From: Methanobacteriota archaeon
Lineage (GTDB): Archaea; Thermoplasmatota; Poseidoniia; Poseidoniales; Poseidoniaceae
Assembly: GCA_018666575.1 (NCBI GenBank)
Contig: JABIYX010000018.1
Location: 1-37,500, forward strand
DNA: 37,500 bases
Direction: 5' to 3'
Part shown: piece by piece, positions 17,039 to 23,001 of the stretch
How the letters are laid out: each line of letters opens with the position of its first letter
Position numbering within the stretch: position 1 is the stretch's first letter
Position numbers and translations under genes: made by a program
Notes under the pieces: generated by a model
Databases searched by the model: none
Told to the model about the DNA's origin: nothing
The model's input: only the letters and a program-made list of their open reading frames with translations

Positions 17039-17845
17039 ATGGTTGGGGATACTATGAGCAAACAATCAATGCTCGGCATTCTCCTAGCATCTCTCCTTGT
17101 GACCGTTCCCATGGCAGGGTGTATTGATGAGATCTCCGATGTGCTGAATGGAGAATCATGGGGTCAAGTTGGAGGTTTGACACTTGCTTGCTTACGCAGT
17201 GACACGTACTCGAAAATGGTTGTAGAAATTGATTATGCTCCAGGATATGCCCCAGAGAGTAGCACAGTTTCATTACTCAAGCAACGACTTGAACAGGTCT
17301 GCGATAAACCAGATGGTATTTCCATGAGCTTGAATGAATATACCTTTGATGAGACTTCTTCTTGGGACGCAAATTTAGTACGTACTGTTGGGCATGATAC
17401 AATGGATGATTCTCCACTAAGCGGTTCTACTCTTCGATGGCATGTCATCATGCCGCAAGGGAGTTATTCAGACGATAGTGTCCTTGGAGTCGCAGTGGAC
17501 GCTTCTACGATCGCATTGTTTGGTGATTCAATTGATGATGCTAATGGATTGTTCAATCGTCCATCATCAGAAGAAGTTGAAAACAGTGTTATGATTCATG
17601 AATTTGGCCACCTTCTTGGGCTTGTTAATCTCGTATACACGTCGCCAGCAGATCACGAGGATGCAGAACATCCGGGTCATTCCAATAACGAGGATTCAGT
17701 CATGTACTGGGCAGTAGAGTCTCAAAGCCTTGGGGCGTTTTTTTCTGGTGATTTGCCAAGTGAATTTGATTCTGATGATTTAGCAGATTTAGAAGGAATG
17801 AAGTCTGGTGAGATTTCAACCAGCGATCAATTATGGCGTCCTTAA
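17039..17845 (+). CDS. Zinc metalloprotease, metzincin-like, predicted lipoprotein
   Basis: HEFGH (17597-17611) sits within SVMIHEFGHLLGLVN. It is followed by HEDAEHPGH and a candidate Met-turn SVMYW. The N-terminus LLASLLVTVPMAG/CIDE has a lipobox-like Cys. Alternative start ATG 17054 is preceded by GGGGA. Confidence 0.7.
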   Translation: MVGDTMSKQSMLGILLASLLVTVPMAGCIDEISDVLNGESWGQVGGLTLACLRSDTYSKMVVEIDYAPGYAPESSTVSLLKQRLEQVCDKPDGISMSLNEYTFDETSSWDANLVRTVGHDTMDDSPLSGSTLRWHVIMPQGSYSDDSVLGVAVDASTIALFGDSIDDANGLFNRPSSEEVENSVMIHEFGHLLGLVNLVYTSPADHEDAEHPGHSNNEDSVMYWAVESQSLGAFFSGDLPSEFDSDDLADLEGMKSGEISTSDQLWRP

Positions 17846-18156
17846 TTCTTCTTTGAATTCGACACAATAATCGTAGCATCTCTCCAGGCATCATAAATTG
17901 ACCATAGCCAGAGCGGTATGTAGAGGACGATGGTAAGTGCTAATGGAATCTGGAGTAACGTCCAATCAAATGCTCTTCGATGCTTTCGATTGAAGTGTTG
18001 TCCGAGGAAGAGTCCAGGGATTGCTGCAAGTAGGGCTGCGAAGATAGGTCGAAATGCCCCCCACATGCCAACGCCAAGGAATATTTCTCTCCAAATCTCG
18101 CGAACCATGCGTAATGGTGCAAGTTTGGATTGAGTTGTTGAACTCATAGGCCTCAT
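17842..18156 (-). CDS. Small membrane protein (2 TM), unknown function
   Basis: 104-aa ORF with two hydrophobic segments. The pattern AIPGLFLGQHFNRKHRRA ... LWLWSIYDAWRDA resembles small PGLGQxYxG...DAxxxA membrane proteins. Its stop overlaps the convergent metalloprotease stop (TTAA 17842-17845). No functional inference. Confidence 0.45.
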   Translation of the reverse strand: MRPMSSTTQSKLAPLRMVREIWREIFLGVGMWGAFRPIFAALLAAIPGLFLGQHFNRKHRRAFDWTLLQIPLALTIVLYIPLWLWSIYDAWRDATIIVSNSKKN

Positions 18157-18235
18157 GCCTTGGAGGAAGCATTGGTTTGTGAATCTGTTGCCAACTTTGC
18201 ATCATAATCAAGAACATTCGATGCTACGCCTAGCC

Positions 18236-19222
18236 ATGCCGAGAGTCTTGCTTACAGGGTTCACTCCATTTGGAGATCATGTTGAGAACATCTCAGAAAA
18301 ACTCGTCAACTCAATGCCAACGGTTCTTCCAATCAAGAATCCATTTGGACCAGGAGGCAGTGAAATCTCAGTTGAAAAGAAAATACTCTCTGTAGATGTT
18401 GCCGGATCGACTTGGACAAGTGAGGAACTTGAATCGAGGGAGTGGGATGCTATTCTCCATCTCGGTCTTTGCGGAGAATGTACAGAACCAAGAATTGAAC
18501 TCCGTGCTCAAGATTCCTTGAACATGAAGATTCCTGATAATTCTGGCCGGCAAATTGCTCATACGGCCATAAGTGGGAGGGGGGATTTGAAGACTCCAGT
18601 TCAAGTTAAGCGATGGGACATCCCTTCTTGGAAAATTCGTCCAACACTTTCGAGTGATGCAGGAAGTTACATCTGTAACGAGACGTATTATCGAACCCTT
18701 AATGCCTTGCAAGTCTCTGAAGTCGATGTTCCATGTCTGTTTCTCCATCTTCCTGATTCGTCCCATCTTTCCGTCTCTGATGGAATTCAATTGATTCGCG
18801 ATGTCATTTCCCACATGCTCTATCGGCCTTCAATCCAAGTGGCTGCAGGAGTATTTCATTCAGAAACGCAATTTTTGGCTATGCAACGGTCTGATTCTGA
18901 GCCAGGTTCTGGGAAATGGGAATTCCCAGGAGGCAGTGTGGAATCAAACGAATCTCCAGAAGAGGCTGTGATTCGTGAATTAAAGGAAGAATTGGGAGTT
19001 GCCTCTGAAATCAACAAAAAGTTAGGTCTTTGGTCGTTTACTTACCCATTCCTACATGTTGAATTACACGTGTTTCTCGTATCGACAGAAGATTCTCTGG
19101 ATTCATTGACACTTTCAGTTCACAAATCGATGCAATGGGTTAACTCAGAAGATGCAAGTAGACTCGATTGGCTGGAAGCGGATCTCCCTATCGTCGAACA
19201 TCTCCAAGGCTTAGGTTACTGA
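18236..19222 (+). CDS. Fusion protein: pyroglutamyl peptidase I (peptidase C15) N-terminal domain plus Nudix (MutT-like) hydrolase C-terminal domain
   Basis: The Pcp part has RVLLTGFTPFG, HLGLCGE..RIELRAQD..IPDNSG, DAGSYICNETYY (catalytic Cys context) and FLHLPD (catalytic His context), which aligns with Pyrococcus Pcp as I recall it. The Nudix part has GKWEFPGG plus a perfect Nudix box GSVESNESPEEAVIRELKEELGV (about 18932-19000). It is one uninterrupted frame. The longest ORF starts at 18155 and ATG 18221 is also possible. MPRVLLTGF (18236) matches canonical Pcp N-termini. Confidence 0.8.
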   Translation: MPRVLLTGFTPFGDHVENISEKLVNSMPTVLPIKNPFGPGGSEISVEKKILSVDVAGSTWTSEELESREWDAILHLGLCGECTEPRIELRAQDSLNMKIPDNSGRQIAHTAISGRGDLKTPVQVKRWDIPSWKIRPTLSSDAGSYICNETYYRTLNALQVSEVDVPCLFLHLPDSSHLSVSDGIQLIRDVISHMLYRPSIQVAAGVFHSETQFLAMQRSDSEPGSGKWEFPGGSVESNESPEEAVIRELKEELGVASEINKKLGLWSFTYPFLHVELHVFLVSTEDSLDSLTLSVHKSMQWVNSEDASRLDWLEADLPIVEHLQGLGY

Positions 19223-19728
19223 TGCCAAGTGGACGCTTCTCCGTCTTGAAGCATAGCCAAATCGTCATTTAATTGGCGAGGGACCTCTTGACGACCATTG
19301 TGCCAAGTAACAGCCTCTATCCAATCTCCAAGCCCAGGACCCTCCAGATGTATAGTGATACATCCCCCTAGTGGGATTTCTTCGTATGTGAATGCGATTT
19401 TATTTGCAAAAGCTGCAAGTCTTGATATTGAAAATACGGTTGTATTTCCATCGAGTTTCTTAGCCATAGCATCCATTGCTGTGTCAAGTATCGCTTGTTG
19501 ACGTATTTGCGAGAGGAAGGTCTCAAGGGATAAATTAAGACATTCGATACGAATATTTTGTTTGGAAGGAAAAGAATCATTTTCAATTGGGTCAAATGTC
19601 GCTTCTGGAAAGAGATTAATCACAGCTTCTGAGATTTTTGAACCATCATCTCCAGGTTTCAGAATGGTTGTTAACGTAGCCACGATACCTTCATCTCTGC
19701 CATTGTACGCTAATGGTTTGATGTCCAT
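19216..19728 (-). CDS. UPF0201/COG1931-like predicted RNA-binding protein
   Basis: 170-aa ORF. LKPGDDGSKISEAVINLFPEA and IRQQAILDTA resemble the conserved (T/P)ED..KV..A..N(L/I)FP and R.Q.I.D.AR motifs of archaeal UPF0201 proteins as I remember them. Assignment from memory, not from a search. Confidence 0.4.
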   Translation of the reverse strand: MDIKPLAYNGRDEGIVATLTTILKPGDDGSKISEAVINLFPEATFDPIENDSFPSKQNIRIECLNLSLETFLSQIRQQAILDTAMDAMAKKLDGNTTVFSISRLAAFANKIAFTYEEIPLGGCITIHLEGPGLGDWIEAVTWHNGRQEVPRQLNDDLAMLQDGEASTWHQ

Positions 19729-19805
19729 GCGTCAATGGATGCATAAACCGCTTTTCAACCTACTTCTAAGGTGAAGAGTCAAAACTACATCTTCGATGTC
19801 GGGGT

Positions 19806-20831
19806 ATGGCGGCTGCAACTATCCCATGGTTAGCGACCGTTATTCCAGTTCTCAATGAGGAACATCATATCGAGAATTGTCTTTCTTCGTTGGTTTCCCA
19901 AACACTTGCTTCAAATGAGCACATGGTGGTGGTAGTTGATGGAGGTTCCACCGATTCAACCGTTGCTATAGTCAATGAAATGATCACGAAATCACAGGAA
20001 GTCAATGGCCCTGAAATTATTTTGCTGAACAATAAAGACCGTTTTGTTCCGCAAGCGAGGAATATGGCTCTCAATTTTCTCCCATCTGAAATAACTCACG
20101 TCCTTGAATATAACGGGCATATCAAATCTGAGCCAGACCATTTACTCCGTTTGAAATCTGAGTGGGGACGCATTGCTAAACGACATCCCTCCATGGCTGC
20201 CTTAGGATGTAAGGTGGTTGGCAGTTCTCAAAAGAATACAATCGTTGAATCCTTTATTGATGAAACCCTACAAAACCCTCTCGGTGGTGGGCCTGGCCAA
20301 TTTTCAACGTTTACTAAAGAAGGTGAGACAAATACACCTGCCTTTGCTCTTCACTTACGGAGTGCTTTGGAGCAAGTTGGTGGATGGGATGAGCAGTTTA
20401 TCACAAGCCAAGATAGTGACTTGAGTATGCGACTGATAAAAGAAGGATTTTCACTTTATCGAACGCCCGAAATCTCTGTAGAAATGCGTAGAAGAACATC
20501 GCTTAGTTCGTGGTATCTCATGAGCCACCGTTACGGTTTCTGGAGAACAAAAGTGTTGCTGAAGCATCCTTCAAGAATTGTCTTGAGGGAATTACTTCCT
20601 CTTCTAGGTGCCTTGTTTACGATAGGACTCTTTGTCGTCAATCCAGGTTTGGGAATTTTCCCATTACTGACTTATGGTTTGGTTCTCTTTTTGTCAGGTC
20701 TTTACTCTACAAGAAAAGGACTCCTACACCTCATCGGAGTTCCACTTTGCCTCTTCATTCTCCATATTGGTTTCACACTAGGTCTGTTAGATGGCTGTGT
20801 TCGAAAGGGACGAGCCCCTCGAGATCGATGA
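19806..20831 (+). CDS. Family 2 glycosyltransferase with C-terminal TM segments
   Basis: The N-terminal signature is VIPVLNEEHHIENCLSSLVSQT ... VVVVDGGSTDSTVAIV. A later acidic motif is SQDSDLSMRL. Hydrophobic C-terminal helices are LLPLLGALFTIGLFVV and LLTYGLVLFLSGL. Confidence 0.8.
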   Translation: MAAATIPWLATVIPVLNEEHHIENCLSSLVSQTLASNEHMVVVVDGGSTDSTVAIVNEMITKSQEVNGPEIILLNNKDRFVPQARNMALNFLPSEITHVLEYNGHIKSEPDHLLRLKSEWGRIAKRHPSMAALGCKVVGSSQKNTIVESFIDETLQNPLGGGPGQFSTFTKEGETNTPAFALHLRSALEQVGGWDEQFITSQDSDLSMRLIKEGFSLYRTPEISVEMRRRTSLSSWYLMSHRYGFWRTKVLLKHPSRIVLRELLPLLGALFTIGLFVVNPGLGIFPLLTYGLVLFLSGLYSTRKGLLHLIGVPLCLFILHIGFTLGLLDGCVRKGRAPRDR

Positions 20832-20876
20832 ACAACGATAGAGAATACATAAGAAGCAACGTCCTGAGTTGATGAT

Positions 20877-21815
20877 ATGACGACAAGGAAATCGACGGCC
20901 GTTGGGTTGTTTCTTTTGCCCCTTTTTGTCATGGCAAGTCTACAAGTTGTTGTCGAACCATTAGGAGATATTCTTGCCCTCAGTTGGATTTATTTTTGCA
21001 TCTGGTACGGCTTTGGTGCCTTTATTGGTTTTATTTTATTCAAACGTACACAGGTTACAAAAGATCATGAATATCGACGATTTGAAGTCATGAAAAAGAT
21101 GAAAAATGTTTACGAAGCTGAAGCAAAGGGTGTCTGGGAGAAAGATGTTCAATTAAGTTCAGACGTCACTCTGGACAAAGATAAACTCAATTCAACAATA
21201 GGAACCTTCGACAGAGAGGCTCCAGAATTACAGGTGAAAGAGGACGAAGATTCCGAAGTCCGTCTACTAAGCGAACAAGGTTTTGTCCAAAAAGCATCAA
21301 ATCGTTTGACAGGGAAATCCGACTTTGATGGAGAAGAAATCGACTCGACAGTAGGGTCTGTTCGAAAGAAAAGTTGGATGGACGGAGTAATCGACAGCAT
21401 TTACGGCTTATTCGGCAGAGACGTTGAATCAGAGCGTGAGCAAAAGAGAATGCAACGACTGAACTCAAACGCTCAACAATCTCCTGTTCTTGCTCAACGC
21501 CCAGTTGCACCGATTCAAAAGGTCAAGGAATCTTCTGAGACGAAGTCCAATACCTTGGACACAATGACCTCCATGAGCGATGATGGTGGAGTAATAAGTT
21601 CAACAGATTCCAAGCACAAAGAGGTCCCTGCTCTGCAAACAGTCCCAAGTCAATCAATTGAATCAATGGCTATGCTCGGAACTGCTCAATCTCCTGTTCA
21701 ATCTCCTGCTCAAATGCAATCTTCTATTACCGCCTCTGGATGTTCTGGTTGCGGGTTTACTAACCCTCCTGGGGAGCGTTATTGCCAATCTTGCGGAACG
21801 ACTCTCTCGTCCTAA
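20877..21815 (+). CDS. Membrane protein (2 N-terminal TM) with a low-complexity cytoplasmic region and a C-terminal zinc ribbon
   Basis: TM segments are AVGLFLLPLFVMASLQVVV and LSWIYFCIWYGFGAFIGFILF. The middle is charged and S/Q-rich. The C-terminus CSGCGFTNPPGERYCQSCGTTL has the CxxC...CxxC zinc-ribbon pattern. Confidence 0.6.
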   Translation: MTTRKSTAVGLFLLPLFVMASLQVVVEPLGDILALSWIYFCIWYGFGAFIGFILFKRTQVTKDHEYRRFEVMKKMKNVYEAEAKGVWEKDVQLSSDVTLDKDKLNSTIGTFDREAPELQVKEDEDSEVRLLSEQGFVQKASNRLTGKSDFDGEEIDSTVGSVRKKSWMDGVIDSIYGLFGRDVESEREQKRMQRLNSNAQQSPVLAQRPVAPIQKVKESSETKSNTLDTMTSMSDDGGVISSTDSKHKEVPALQTVPSQSIESMAMLGTAQSPVQSPAQMQSSITASGCSGCGFTNPPGERYCQSCGTTLSS

Positions 21816-21867
21816 ACACATCGTGGGGTTTTAGTGGGTGGTCGCAGCCCGTTAGGTTGGTGGCACT

Positions 21868-23001
21868 TTGAACGACAAGCGAGACTACTACGAAGTGCTT
21901 GACGTGGAGCGTTCTGCAACTGAGAAGGACCTCAAGAATTCATTCAGAAGGCTCGCACGAAAGTATCACCCTGATCGAAGCGAAGAAGAGGACGCTGAGA
22001 ACAAATTCAAAGAAATTCAAGAAGCCTATGCAGTGCTTTCTGATTCAGAAAAGCGAGCGCATTACGATCGATTCGGACATGATTCGCCTGCAGGAAATCC
22101 CTTTGGAGGATTTTCTGGTGGTGGATTTAACATCAATCTTGAAGACCTCCTTGGAGGCGATTTCTTCTCTGGATTCTTTGGAGGCGGAGGAGGCGGCGGA
22201 CGCAGGAGAGAACGAAGAGGTTCTGACATTCTCGTACGACATAGCATCGATATGGCAACAGTCATTTCTGGAAGCGATGAATCCATAGAACTTGATTTGC
22301 CAAGTGAATGTCTTGTTTGCAGCGGTACTGGTGCCAAAGGTGGAAGCACAACCACATGTAATTCATGCCAGGGGCAAGGAAGAGTGCGTGTTCGTCAACA
22401 AATTGGTCCATTCGTCAACGAAGTTGTTCAAGACTGTCGCGAGTGTTCCGGTGTTGGTTCAACAATCGACTCAAAGTGTGTAGACTGTTCTGGGCTTGGT
22501 CATAAAATTGAATCCAAGACCATTCGGTTTACTGTACCTCCTGGCTCAGAAGATGGGACTCGTCTTCGATTACGTGGACAAGGTCAGCCTGCTGAACGTG
22601 GTCAAGGAAAAAGCGGTGACCTCCTTGTTGAAATTGAGGTACTTACTCATCCATGGTTTGAACGAAATGGTTCAGATTTGATTATGTCACTTCCTCTTGG
22701 TTATCCAGACCTCGTTCTTGGGACTACGATTACCCTTGACCACATTGACGGCAAAAAATTGGATATTGTCATACCTGCAAAGTCATCTGCTGGCCACACA
22801 CTTGAAATCAAGAAGCGTGGGTTGCCACGATTGAGACGAAGCGGCAGAGGGGATGTCATTGTTCTTCTCAAGTTGCATATGCCGAAATCAATTTCTAAAG
22901 CAGAGAAGAAACAGCTCAAAGCAATGGGAGAGGGCCTAAACCCAGAAGATCAATTGCAAACGATTCTTGATGATGCAGCAGATCGCCGTGTCAATGGTTG
23001 A
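21868..23001 (+). CDS. dnaJ: Molecular chaperone DnaJ (type I Hsp40)
   Basis: TTG start lies 4 nt after SD GGTGG (21859-21863). J domain: DYYEVLDVERSATEKDLKNSFRRLARKYHPDR. G/F-rich linker follows. Four CxxCxGxG zinc-finger motifs: CLVCSGTG, CNSCQGQG, CRECSGVG, CVDCSGLG. No dnaK or grpE is adjacent. Confidence 0.9.
   Translation: MNDKRDYYEVLDVERSATEKDLKNSFRRLARKYHPDRSEEEDAENKFKEIQEAYAVLSDSEKRAHYDRFGHDSPAGNPFGGFSGGGFNINLEDLLGGDFFSGFFGGGGGGGRRRERRGSDILVRHSIDMATVISGSDESIELDLPSECLVCSGTGAKGGSTTTCNSCQGQGRVRVRQQIGPFVNEVVQDCRECSGVGSTIDSKCVDCSGLGHKIESKTIRFTVPPGSEDGTRLRLRGQGQPAERGQGKSGDLLVEIEVLTHPWFERNGSDLIMSLPLGYPDLVLGTTITLDHIDGKKLDIVIPAKSSAGHTLEIKKRGLPRLRRSGRGDVIVLLKLHMPKSISKAEKKQLKAMGEGLNPEDQLQTILDDAADRRVNG

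Noticed and set aside
21816-21867. A G-rich 52-nt spacer before dnaJ (gtggggttttagtgggtggtcgcagcccgttaggttggtggcac), considered as a small ncRNA or riboswitch-like element.
   Set aside because: It is too short and I could not draw a convincing stem. Its 3' part is explained by the SD (GGTGG) for the TTG start.
22120-22215. A GGN-rich simple repeat (ggaggcggaggaggcggcgga).
   Set aside because: It encodes the canonical Gly/Phe-rich linker of DnaJ.
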